From positions 1 through 64,000 of the forward strand of contig CP122380.1 of the NCBI GenBank assembly GCA_024650005.2: a stretch of 64,000 nucleotides of DNA. The letters run 5' to 3'. The stretch's first letter is position 1. Every line of letters starts with the position of its first letter. The notes under the pieces are model-generated. The model saw only the letters and a program-made list of their open reading frames with translations. It was not told where the DNA came from and did no database searches. The DNA comes from Candidatus Bathyarchaeum tardum. GTDB taxonomy: Archaea > Thermoproteota > Bathyarchaeia > Bathyarchaeales > Bathyarchaeaceae. Shown piece by piece: positions 9,595-19,092 of this stretch. The translations under genes and the position numbers were made by a program.

Positions 9595-10821
9595 TTGTCT
9601 TTGGCTAAAGCTGGAAGAAAACCATACTTAGACCGCTCTTATTCTAAAGATGAATTTGTTCAAAAGTGGCTAGTTGGTTTAGCCGAAAAAACAAAACGCA
9701 ATTACCTCTTTGGTTTCAAATCATGGCTAGACTTCATCAACATGTCAACAACTGCTCAGATTAAACAGAGAATCCAAGACATGACGAGCCACGACCTGAC
9801 ACAAAGAAACTATTTTGAAAATGAATGGCGAAGATACAAAGAATATCTCGAAAATAATGGAGAATTAAGCGACAGCTCAATTAGAAGTGCCTTAAAGATT
9901 GTTGCCTCTTTTTTTTCAAGAAATAGTTTGCCTTTGAACCTGAAAAGGGGAGACTGGGAAACAACCAAAACTCAACGAGTTAAAAAGAAACAATGGATTC
10001 CAACAAACAAAGAAATTAGACGCTTATACAGTCACGCCAACCTAAGAGATAGAGCACTTCTCTTAACATTATATCATAGCGGATTTTCTGAAGCTGACGT
10101 TACAAAACTTAGAATTGAAGATTTAACAGGGATATACGAAAGCCCAGAAACGGAACACTATTTCTTAGAAAAGCCCAGAGAAAAAACAGGAAACATACAA
10201 GCCACATGCCTAAGTTTCGAATGTGTTCATGACCTCAAAGCGTTACTTCAAGAGAGAGATAACCCGAAAGATGGATTTCTATTTGTTTCAACTACCAAAC
10301 AAAAGGGCACAGAACTGAAAGTTAGGGCGATTCATGAAGCCATAAGAGGGCTTGTTGAGAAAGCGTTTGGTGAGGAAAAAGCTAAAGAATTCAAAACTAA
10401 GAGCCTTAGAAGTGCTTACAACTCGGCTTTATTGAGAGCAAACGTTCAGCCACAAGAACTTAAAGATGTCATGATGGGGCACAAACGAAGAGGAGCCAGA
10501 GGCAATTATGCTTATGATGAAATCACTATCAAGGAATCATACTCTAGAGTTTTCCAATACTTAACAATCAACGGTATACAGTCAAGAAAAGATATTGAAG
10601 ACCTCAGGAAAGCCCAGTTTACACAAGCAAAATTCATTACTAGATTGGGCGAAGAAAACGAAGTTCTACGAAGAATCCTAATTAGTTTAGTTGGACGAGA
10701 AAAAATGGAAGATTTAGTTAAACAGCACATGCCAGCTAGTCAAACAGGTAAAACCGTTAAAGAAATGACAGATTTAGAACTCTTATCGGCTTATGCTTTA
10801 GTTTTAAGAAAACAGGATTAA
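9595..10821 (+). CDS. tyrosine recombinase/integrase with C-terminal extension
   Basis: LRDRALLLTLYHSG, REKT, KSLRSAY, MMGH, catalytic Tyr in ARGNY. Confidence 0.9.
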   Translation: MSLAKAGRKPYLDRSYSKDEFVQKWLVGLAEKTKRNYLFGFKSWLDFINMSTTAQIKQRIQDMTSHDLTQRNYFENEWRRYKEYLENNGELSDSSIRSALKIVASFFSRNSLPLNLKRGDWETTKTQRVKKKQWIPTNKEIRRLYSHANLRDRALLLTLYHSGFSEADVTKLRIEDLTGIYESPETEHYFLEKPREKTGNIQATCLSFECVHDLKALLQERDNPKDGFLFVSTTKQKGTELKVRAIHEAIRGLVEKAFGEEKAKEFKTKSLRSAYNSALLRANVQPQELKDVMMGHKRRGARGNYAYDEITIKESYSRVFQYLTINGIQSRKDIEDLRKAQFTQAKFITRLGEENEVLRRILISLVGREKMEDLVKQHMPASQTGKTVKEMTDLELLSAYALVLRKQD

Positions 10822-10830
10822 ATCCTGTTT
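10810..10830. terminator. inverted repeat over the integrase stop codon
   Basis: AAACAGGATT-a-AATCCTGTTT followed by T-rich tract. Confidence 0.45.
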
Positions 10831-10868
10831 CTATTTTTATTTGAAAACAATCACTTACTTAACTCACG

Positions 10869-11354
10869 TCATTTTTCTTCTGAGACGTATTTTTTTATTT
10901 CATCTCTAATTGAAGTTGTAAGTTCACTCAAACGGTCTCTAATCTTATTGTCGTATTGATATTCTGGAAATTCTTTAGCCCAATCTTCATACATTTCTTG
11001 GTCATTGTTTGCCAATTCTTCTTCTGTTACTCCATGAAATTCCAAATCTCGTTTAAGCAAAAATGAATTAATATCCGATATACGGTTACTCAATTTCTTT
11101 CTTAATTCAAGTGGAATGAAAATACTCTCGCTACTCTTCAAATAATCTCTAATGTTTTGAGTGAATTTTGAAAAACTGGGATAATCAGCATTTAACAACT
11201 CATCAAGTTTAATCAACGCTTTCTTTTTATCTTCATGAAAAAGTTGCATCTTCATAACTTTCAAACTATGTTCTTGTTGTCTTTCTAAACTTTTTTTGGT
11301 AAAATAATAGGCGATAACTTGAGTGATTATTGCTACTAAACTTGCAGAAACCAA
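10869..11354 (-). CDS. hypothetical protein with N-terminal TM helix
   Basis: Hydrophobic N-terminus then helical domain; may start at ATA 11387 behind AAGGAGA. Confidence 0.7.
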   Translation of the reverse strand: MVSASLVAIITQVIAYYFTKKSLERQQEHSLKVMKMQLFHEDKKKALIKLDELLNADYPSFSKFTQNIRDYLKSSESIFIPLELRKKLSNRISDINSFLLKRDLEFHGVTEEELANNDQEMYEDWAKEFPEYQYDNKIRDRLSELTTSIRDEIKKYVSEEK

Positions 11355-11793
11355 TCCAAGAACAAAAGTCGTTTGAGCTTCAGTTATTGTTTAATTCTCC
11401 TTTCCATAATTTGTTATTATTTAATAATCAATTGATTTATAAAACACTCCCGTAGGGGGTAAATTTTTTCTAGAAAAAGATACTTTCTTAGTTTTTGGTT
11501 AAAATCAATAACGCAAATATTTTTCACTTAAAAACTGCTTTTTATGATTGTATTCTTTTTCCTAAAAATTAAAGTATAAAATTTCGATTCAAATTGTATA
11601 CGAACCTTCTTAAAAATGAAAAGCGTTACTTTAGTATGACTTTTAGAAAACTTTTTTTGACATACACGCTAAAAGCACTTTTTACATTATAGTTTTTGGC
11701 TTTTTCACAATAATATTTGTATTTTTATGTTTGTAATTAAATAATTTGAATAAAAAATAGAATTTAATAGCATGTTTTCACATAGATTAACTC

Positions 11794-12744
11794 ATGAAAA
11801 AGCTCCCGTTCATCGTGGAAGTGTCCAAGAACACCAACATTTTGCTAAGCGGAGCCAACAATTCTGGAAAAACAAGTTTAGCATGCTCAATTGCTTCTAG
11901 GCTTCATAAAATAGGGTTTACTTGTATTGTGTTGGATGTAAGCGGAACATGGAAGAACGTCTCAGATTTGCCACATTATTCCAAGATAACCATAACAAAC
12001 GGAAAAATCAGAATACCCCGATTTGAACAAAACATTAGCCGAATCTATGATTTATCTGCACTAAAGCTTTCAGAAACTAAACGAGTTGTTGAAAGACTAA
12101 GTGAACAAATCTGGAATGAACGGATAGACCAAAAGAAACCAACCCCTACTTTTTTGTTCCTAGAGGAAAGCGAATGTTTCCTCAAATCAATTCGGGGAAA
12201 TGATGCCCAGTCAATTTATCGTTTAATCCATGTTGGGCGTAACATCAACACAAGATGCGTATTAGTGACAACAGACCTAGCTTTAATTGATTCGTCAATA
12301 ATTCGTCTGTGTGGTATAAGATTTCATGGATTTTTGAACGTTGAAGAAAACTCAAAGCGGAAGTTCCGTTCTTATTATGGAAGAGACTTCACTAGAGTTG
12401 CTATGGAAGGTTTGGAAACAGGTGATTTCATACGGTTCCAACAATACAACCGAACTAAGCCTCTTGATGTTGTTTCAGTTCCGCTATTCATGCCCAAAAC
12501 AAAGCCTCGTCAATACTTGCCAGCACCCTCACAGCCAAAAATCAAAGAAATAAAAATACCAAGACAAAGAAGTTTTTTCTCAAAATTTTTGGAGCTGTTC
12601 ATGACCAAACAAGACCGAATAATTGCCCAAATTAATAGGTTGAACCAACACTACGAAACGGTTGCCCATCATGAAGAATGGGAGCAACAAGACGAAAAAG
12701 ACTGGTTTGAATGGCTTATAGATGAAGATGAGTGGAAAAACTAA
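11794..12744 (+). CDS. HerA/FtsK-superfamily P-loop ATPase
   Basis: Walker A GANNSGKT, VLDVSG, Walker B LFLEESE, GRN arginine-finger-like motif. Confidence 0.8.
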   Translation: MKKLPFIVEVSKNTNILLSGANNSGKTSLACSIASRLHKIGFTCIVLDVSGTWKNVSDLPHYSKITITNGKIRIPRFEQNISRIYDLSALKLSETKRVVERLSEQIWNERIDQKKPTPTFLFLEESECFLKSIRGNDAQSIYRLIHVGRNINTRCVLVTTDLALIDSSIIRLCGIRFHGFLNVEENSKRKFRSYYGRDFTRVAMEGLETGDFIRFQQYNRTKPLDVVSVPLFMPKTKPRQYLPAPSQPKIKEIKIPRQRSFFSKFLELFMTKQDRIIAQINRLNQHYETVAHHEEWEQQDEKDWFEWLIDEDEWKN

Positions 12745-13230
12745 CAATACAACAAAAAATGACTTTATATTTTCAAAAAAGACTACGCCTTTGTCTATTT
12801 CATAATATGCTTAGGGATGTTAAACTTTTATTTTCATCATAAATATGATTCTTATTCATAAATAATATAAGAAAATTGAATCATTATTATTGTTTAATGT
12901 ATTTTTAGTATTGATTTTTATCCTAACACTTTGCACCAACTGTTAGATATGTAAATTTTACATAAAATTAAGGAACATAAATCAGGTAAAAAATATTAAT
13001 TAAATACTATTAATGATAAATAGTGAATATTATATCTAATTTCACTCCCCCGATATTTTAAAATTAAGATGAAAAAAGAAGCCATTATCCCCCTGTTCAT
13101 CCAATAAATGTTGTTTGTGGATGTTCTTTTTTCTACTTTATTGTTGCAGGGGTATATAGAAGCATTATATTGGACTTAAACAGTAAAACAACTCCAAATT
13201 TCCCACTATTTGTTAAATATTTTGTTTTAA

Positions 13231-13246
13231 TTAATCAATTGATTAA
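13231..13246. promoter_or_regulatory. 16-bp perfect palindrome, candidate operator; related copy at 11425-11437
   Basis: TTAATCAATTGATTAA; TAATCAATTGATT at 11425. Confidence 0.4.
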
Positions 13247-13343
13247 ATAAAGCGTTTTTGTTAACATAAATTTTATATATATTTTTCTATTTATCTATAG
13301 ACTATAAGTAAATAATTATATAGTAAAACAAAAAATCAAAGAG

Positions 13344-14546
13344 ATGAGAAAAATGCAACAACAGTCAAAGCAATTACGCTACTATTACAGACACAGAAAA
13401 GACAGATTAGAATATCAACGAAGATATTACAATCAACAAAAAACAGCCAACAACAATCAACAAAACAATAACGAAAACACAATAGCAAATAATGAAAAGT
13501 CCCATATGTGTAAGTTAATATGTTCAGATGCCCCTATAGATACTAAAAAAGCCCAAAATAAGCCTATTTTGAGCGTTTTTGACCTAGTTTGTGCTGTGTT
13601 GGACTATAGAAAGACAGGAAAAGAGGATACTCTACTATACTGCGCAAAGACCACTTTAGAAGGTAAAAAGAAAAGAAGAATTCGAGTAGACCCACAACAC
13701 ACTCAAATCATGGAGATAATGGGCTATTGTAGAAGAACTGATTTTATGGATTTAGAAGTTTATGCCAAAGACATAAAAAAACGAAAACTCAAAAGGATTC
13801 TTCAAAGCCTAGTTACTAAAAAATGGTTAGTGAGACAAGGCAGAGGAAATTATGCTGTTTACTCTCTTAATCCATTCTTGGAGTTTTTGCTTAAAAAAGA
13901 CGTTCAGTTTTGGTGTTTACTCGATTTTGCTAGTTTTAAAATTGATTTCTTTGATTTGCTAAATTTGCCATTAGTTAATTTCGTTAAAGCTAAGAAACTA
14001 GCTAAAAAAATTGACATAGATTATATTGAAACCCGAATAGGGACAATAACGTCATTTTTTGCTGGATTTGTTCAAATTGAATTCATAATGCAAAATGGGA
14101 AAAGGTTCATTAATTATTTGCCGTGTAATTTACATGCACAACCATTATTAAAATGGCAATACACTCAAAGTGGAAAATATCGAACAACTAATTATCACGG
14201 AATGAGGCATTATTGTTTACCGATTAGTTGGAAACTTTTCGATATTAAAGAGTGTAAATATTTTAAGAAATTTGACCAACAATTAGGAAAAACAGTCTAT
14301 ATTCACTTTGATAACAGCATTAGTCTTCTTTGTAATGAGGACAAGGTAATCAGTTTCATTTTTGTGGATTATTGGAAAAAGGCTCTCGAAAAATGGCAAG
14401 GATACACATATTTAGAGTTTAGAGAATTTGACACATTAAAAAAATTGTTTAATGCACGATTTGTTAAAGGAAAAAGGCGAGAAGAATTGATTGCTGAATT
14501 AGGGTTGAAGCTAAAGAGGATTACTGGAAGACCAAAAAGTAAGTAA
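13344..14546 (+). CDS. hypothetical basic protein with internal wHTH-like segment (possible replication protein)
   Basis: 400 aa, K/R-rich; KLKRILQSLVTKKWLVRQGRGNYAVYSLNP resembles a wHTH recognition helix and wing. Confidence 0.65.
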   Translation: MRKMQQQSKQLRYYYRHRKDRLEYQRRYYNQQKTANNNQQNNNENTIANNEKSHMCKLICSDAPIDTKKAQNKPILSVFDLVCAVLDYRKTGKEDTLLYCAKTTLEGKKKRRIRVDPQHTQIMEIMGYCRRTDFMDLEVYAKDIKKRKLKRILQSLVTKKWLVRQGRGNYAVYSLNPFLEFLLKKDVQFWCLLDFASFKIDFFDLLNLPLVNFVKAKKLAKKIDIDYIETRIGTITSFFAGFVQIEFIMQNGKRFINYLPCNLHAQPLLKWQYTQSGKYRTTNYHGMRHYCLPISWKLFDIKECKYFKKFDQQLGKTVYIHFDNSISLLCNEDKVISFIFVDYWKKALEKWQGYTYLEFREFDTLKKLFNARFVKGKRREELIAELGLKLKRITGRPKSK

Positions 14547-14568
14547 CTTGATTATATTCTAGTTGGGA

Positions 14569-14781
14569 CTAATTGCCTGTAACAAATTCAATTAATCTTT
14601 TAAACACTGAAAAAATTGCATCAAAGAATTGTTTTTGGAAGTCTTTTGAAGTCGAAGCCATGAAGACAACACCAATGCCTACGAGAAAGAACACAGCTTG
14701 TAGTTTTTCGGGCATTATTGCCGTTAACCCGATTACTGCAAGAATTCCTCCCAATGAGAATGCATCATTTTTTTCGGTCAT
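14569..14781 (-). CDS. small two-TM membrane protein
   Basis: Two hydrophobic stretches; GAGGTGA RBS upstream. Confidence 0.6.
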   Translation of the reverse strand: MTEKNDAFSLGGILAVIGLTAIMPEKLQAVFFLVGIGVVFMASTSKDFQKQFFDAIFSVFKRLIEFVTGN

Positions 14782-15092
14782 ATTTTCACCTCATCATTAA
14801 ATATCATGCAAGGAGGTTTTAAACATATTTATTTAAATAAAATAGACGAAAATCTTTCTTTTTTATCAGAACGTACTTAAAAGCTCCGTTCTATGTTTCT
14901 CTACAAAAGTTTAATTCACTATAATCTCAATTTTTTGTGGCAGTCTTTACAATGATTTTTTTTGCACCTTTCCATTCATGAGCACTTACATAAAAAATTG
15001 CACGAAATTCACCCCTGAGATAATATTTGAATTAATTCTTGAGCTTGTCATGATTATCCTAAATGTTTTAAACAAAAATCACAATCTTAAGA

Positions 15093-15878
15093 ATGGTAGA
15101 ATTCATGACAAAATGTCAAATCTGTAATAAACAGGTTAACATGCCTTTCAAATGCAGATATTGTTCTGGATTCTTCTGTGACGAACATAGGCTACCAGAA
15201 TCGCACAATTGCACATGGACGCCTAAGGAATCTGCTGAACCTGAAAATAATCAACCAATAGCAACAAGAAAGCCTCCACAAAAGAATGAATTCATCAGTG
15301 AAAGTGAATACCATTTTGTTAGAAAGGAAAATACAAAACCGATAAAACAATACAAAAAATCGAAAAAATTCCGTGTAAAAAAGGTGATTGGTACAATTAT
15401 TGGAGTTATTGATGGGCTTCTTATCCTTTTACTTATAGGCTTGTTCTTTTTTGCGCCTGTCTTATTCAATCAAGTTTTCATGCCAACTACAGTAAATGTA
15501 GACCAAGTTGAAAATCAAATCTTCGACCTAATAAATTCTGAAAGAAACGATAGAGGACTTCCTGAATTGGCAACAGATTCAAATTTGGAACTTATTGCAA
15601 ATCAATGGAGTGACGATTTGATTGATTTAGGAAAATTATCGCATGGTGATTTTTCTGGACGAGTTGCTCAAATCGGTTATTCGTATTATCAGTGCGGAGA
15701 AATTATTGCTTGGCAACAAGGATGGACATGGAATATTGCACAAGATTTTGTTGATGGATGGATAAATTCAGCAGGACATTATGAAATAATGATGACATCT
15801 GCAACAGGTTACATGGGCGTTGGTGTTTCCAAAGAAGGGGCTGATTTTTATGCAGTTGTCGATTTTCGGTTCAATTGA
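15093..15878 (+). CDS. AN1-type zinc finger - TM - CAP/SCP domain protein
   Basis: CQIC...FKCRYCSGFFCDEHRLPESHNC; TM helix; INSERNDRGL...SH...GEIIA...WINSAGHYEIM...GVGV. Confidence 0.85.
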   Translation: MVEFMTKCQICNKQVNMPFKCRYCSGFFCDEHRLPESHNCTWTPKESAEPENNQPIATRKPPQKNEFISESEYHFVRKENTKPIKQYKKSKKFRVKKVIGTIIGVIDGLLILLLIGLFFFAPVLFNQVFMPTTVNVDQVENQIFDLINSERNDRGLPELATDSNLELIANQWSDDLIDLGKLSHGDFSGRVAQIGYSYYQCGEIIAWQQGWTWNIAQDFVDGWINSAGHYEIMMTSATGYMGVGVSKEGADFYAVVDFRFN

Positions 15879-15990
15879 CAATGTTCTTTGAGCCTTAAGA
15901 TTTTTTGAGCATTTATCTAGAGGTTTTGTTCGAAGAAAGCTGATGTCAAAGCAGTACATTATTTATTCAACTTAACGACATTAACAAATC

Positions 15991-16755
15991 ATGTATTTAG
16001 CATATCTTGATGAATCGGGAAGACCGACAAAAGATACTTCACAAGAAAAATATTTTGTTCTAGCAACTCTAATCATTAACGAACAAAAATGGCAATATAT
16101 TGACAACAAAGTCAACGAAATAAAGACCAAGCATTTTCCAGATTTACCGCCCCAAAAAATTGAATTACATGCTAAAGATATGTTAAATCGAAACGGAATT
16201 TTCAATGGATTAAATTGGGATAAAATTTATGGGATTTTTGAAGACATTTTTGAGTTTCTGGCAGATAACGAAACTGAAGTTTGTACAATTGCAGTTGTAA
16301 TTAACAAAGCAAAAATGTATCATGGCAAAGATATAGAAAAATGGGCTTACCGTCTTACAGTAGAAAGAATAAACAAATTTTTAGAAAAAAATAACGGAGA
16401 ATCAATTTCACGTGGAGAGCCTCCTCAGTTTGGAATCATGATAATTGATTCGTGCGGATTTAAGCCCGATGAAAGATTGCGTGAAAAAGTGTCTGAGATG
16501 TTAGATAATGGAACTCATTATTCAGACCTGAAATATCTAATTGAAAACCCCTTGTTTACAAACTCAAAATGGAGAAATTTGTCTCAATTAGTGGATTGCG
16601 TAGCATATGCAGTTCGTAAAAAGTTCAGAAACTCTTCAAGCCCATCATTCCATGATGAAAATTGGTTCAAATATTATGACAAAATCTTCTGTAAATTTGA
16701 TAAAAATGAAGATGGAAAAGTAGAAGGTTGTGGCATTAAGGTTTTTCCATTATAA
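15991..16755 (+). CDS. DUF3800 family protein (RNase H-like fold)
   Basis: MYLAYLDESG, YFVL, ELHAKD, IIDS, SQLVDCVAY motifs. Confidence 0.85.
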   Translation: MYLAYLDESGRPTKDTSQEKYFVLATLIINEQKWQYIDNKVNEIKTKHFPDLPPQKIELHAKDMLNRNGIFNGLNWDKIYGIFEDIFEFLADNETEVCTIAVVINKAKMYHGKDIEKWAYRLTVERINKFLEKNNGESISRGEPPQFGIMIIDSCGFKPDERLREKVSEMLDNGTHYSDLKYLIENPLFTNSKWRNLSQLVDCVAYAVRKKFRNSSSPSFHDENWFKYYDKIFCKFDKNEDGKVEGCGIKVFPL

Positions 16756-16761
16756 AAATCA

Positions 16762-16820
16762 TCGCAGGGGTTAGGGGAGAATGCTCCGCATCCCCCCGCT
16801 ATGTAGCCATTGGCTACAAT
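16762..16820 (+). ncRNA. candidate DUF3800-associated structured RNA
   Basis: GC-rich island right after the stop codon: GC.GGGG/CCCCGC enclosing GGAG-aatg-CTCC, then TGTAGCC-att-GGCTACA. Confidence 0.5.
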
Positions 16821-17126
16821 ACACACATTATCTCTATCTTTCTGCAATACGTATAACGTTTTCCATCAACAAAAGATATCGTTACGTATTATATTCTGCT
16901 TTTTCACTTAGTGCTGTTAATAAAAATATGAAAAAATATAGCTCTTGTTCAATTATTCATACTTAACAGAATTTTAGTTTCTGAAAGGTTAGAGATTACG
17001 GGGAGCGTGTTTAATATTAAACTAAAAAAAAGTCGATATTTCTGTTGATTTAATCCTTTGATTATATTCGAAAATCAATTTTAGCTGACCTAAAGATTTT
17101 TTATAGAATTTCGTTTTTTGTATGTC

Positions 17127-18596
17127 TTAAGGAAACTTGTTTGTTGAAAGAAAAGATATCCTAAATGTGAATGTTTTTTCCTTTCCAACATAAAGATGTA
17201 AGTTATTATAGACCTCATTAATTGGGTTCACATAATCAATTACGTTTCCATTATACTCTAAAGTTATGCTTTCTCGGTCTACATCTGCATAGATAAGCTG
17301 GTCATAACTGAGTTTTTCTAAAGATATGTCAAAATTGTTTAGATTTGAGATTTGAAAATCTTGTATCCATCTATCATGAGTTGAATTATAGACCTCTCCT
17401 CTAACGTTTTCTGCCTTGATATTTACATTATCAACATCTGTGCTTGCCAAATACCTCATTGTAAAATTGAATGATTTTTCATTTTCTGTGTTAAATTGAA
17501 TCTGTAGTTTTTTTGGGTCAGAATCAATTGGAACTGGAGTAATACTGATGTTTTTTGCAAGAGATTCTGGATAGACAATTCGTAGCACATCAGGTCTATA
17601 GTCTATGCTTTCATAATGTCGTATAACAACATCATTTCGTAAACAATGGGTAGGAATTGGTATAGAGAAAACATCTAGTTGGTCAAATATTCCTCTGTTG
17701 ATTTGCACACTATCACATGCAATCTTTTCAAAATTCACTTCTACTTTTGGCTCTAGGTTATAACCACGTCCAGATAATTCGAGTGTCATAAAATAGCGTT
17801 GTTCACCAAAATTGTCTAAATCTGTAGAAAATTCTACGTTGGGAGTGAACAACTTGTATTGAGCGTCTAGAGGAATAATTAAACCCACTATTGAAAAAAG
17901 CAAAATGGGCAATAAAAATCGGCGTTTTGATTTGGAAATTGTTTTGAAACGATTTTTTTGATTTGCCAAAAAAAGACGAAATCTACGTTCCGTTGGAGGG
18001 ATTTCTCTCCTAATTATTTCAGTGTAACCTTTGCCCCCATAAAGAAGTTCACTATCATAGACGTTTTGTATATAATTCGGAAAAAGTAGGCAAAATGAAA
18101 AGCCAAATGTCGAGAAGATAAAGTTAATGGTAAAATACAAACCTAAAACAGTTGATTCATTCACATATGTTGGATAAATGTAGACATATTCTAGTAACAA
18201 TATCCAATTAACAAAAAACCAGCCCATGAAAAGATATAACAATATTTTTGAAAAAAATAAGTATATCACTTTAAGGAATCCAACTTTGTTGGGTATTGTT
18301 CTAAATAAAATTGCAACTAAAGCAGTCAACATCCAATGGTAAATCCATGTTTTTTCAAAAACGGGTAAAAATAGGGCTGTGCCTAAATTATTGACATCCC
18401 AATAATAGAACGGAAGAATTAAACATAATTCTATTGCCAATCCAGTAATAAGTGATAAAACAAGTTTTAATGTTGCGTCAAAGTTTTTCCATTCTCTTGA
18501 ACGCCCAAAAAGACAGTAAATAAAGACATATCCCGATGCCCAAATCATGAAAAGAGGGAAATACTCAGGATATTCTAAGAAGTCAAATGGATTCAT
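17127..18596 (-). CDS. polytopic membrane protein with large C-terminal soluble domain
   Basis: About 6 hydrophobic segments in the N-terminal half, beta-rich C-terminal half. Confidence 0.8.
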   Translation of the reverse strand: MNPFDFLEYPEYFPLFMIWASGYVFIYCLFGRSREWKNFDATLKLVLSLITGLAIELCLILPFYYWDVNNLGTALFLPVFEKTWIYHWMLTALVAILFRTIPNKVGFLKVIYLFFSKILLYLFMGWFFVNWILLLEYVYIYPTYVNESTVLGLYFTINFIFSTFGFSFCLLFPNYIQNVYDSELLYGGKGYTEIIRREIPPTERRFRLFLANQKNRFKTISKSKRRFLLPILLFSIVGLIIPLDAQYKLFTPNVEFSTDLDNFGEQRYFMTLELSGRGYNLEPKVEVNFEKIACDSVQINRGIFDQLDVFSIPIPTHCLRNDVVIRHYESIDYRPDVLRIVYPESLAKNISITPVPIDSDPKKLQIQFNTENEKSFNFTMRYLASTDVDNVNIKAENVRGEVYNSTHDRWIQDFQISNLNNFDISLEKLSYDQLIYADVDRESITLEYNGNVIDYVNPINEVYNNLHLYVGKEKTFTFRISFLSTNKFP

Positions 18597-18982
18597 TTTT
18601 TGTTCAATTAGTTATTAAGATTTTAAGTTTAAATGTTTTAACTATAAATTTTATATGAAATTATATCTGAACAAATTTTAATGAGTTGTTCTTGATGGTT
18701 GATTACCGCAACATCTATTGTCGAAAATGCAAAAGGAATACGAAACACAAGAGAATAGATGACGACCTTAACATCGTTCTAAGTGTAATGTGTCAAGAAG
18801 AGCGATGGATTTGTTCACGATGCCATAATATTAAAACCATTGAACCAATAGAATAGACAATTATTTCATGTGTTTTAAATAGTCTATTTGCAATCATTTA
18901 TTTGACCTAAAATGTCAGACACGAAACAAAAACATCCTAAGACTTGTGTTTTAAACACAACAAACTTGGGAGATAAAAAAAC

Positions 18983-18992
18983 TGTGCGTTTT
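18983..18992. other. candidate attR half-site
   Basis: TGTGCGTTTT identical to 9544-9553, both preceded by an A6 run. Confidence 0.35.
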
Positions 18993-19092
18993 GAACGTGT
19001 CTCTCTAATATGTGGTTTTGTTTAGGATAGATTTGGTTTTTAAGCAGTGTAACTTATTAAGAAAACTTGCTATTTGGTCAGTTGTGAACGGT

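Larger units (their letters stand above)
9542..18992. mobile_element. putative integrative element (tyrosine recombinase, ATPase, Rep-like protein, cargo)
   Basis: Integrase at left edge; AT-rich with long intergenic gaps; orphan genes; flanked by housekeeping serS and purM; TGTGCGTTTT at both ends. Confidence 0.7.

Noticed and set aside
16781-16966. 61-aa ORF downstream of DUF3800
   Set aside because: Overlaps the hairpins, has no RBS or recognisable motif; better explained as non-coding
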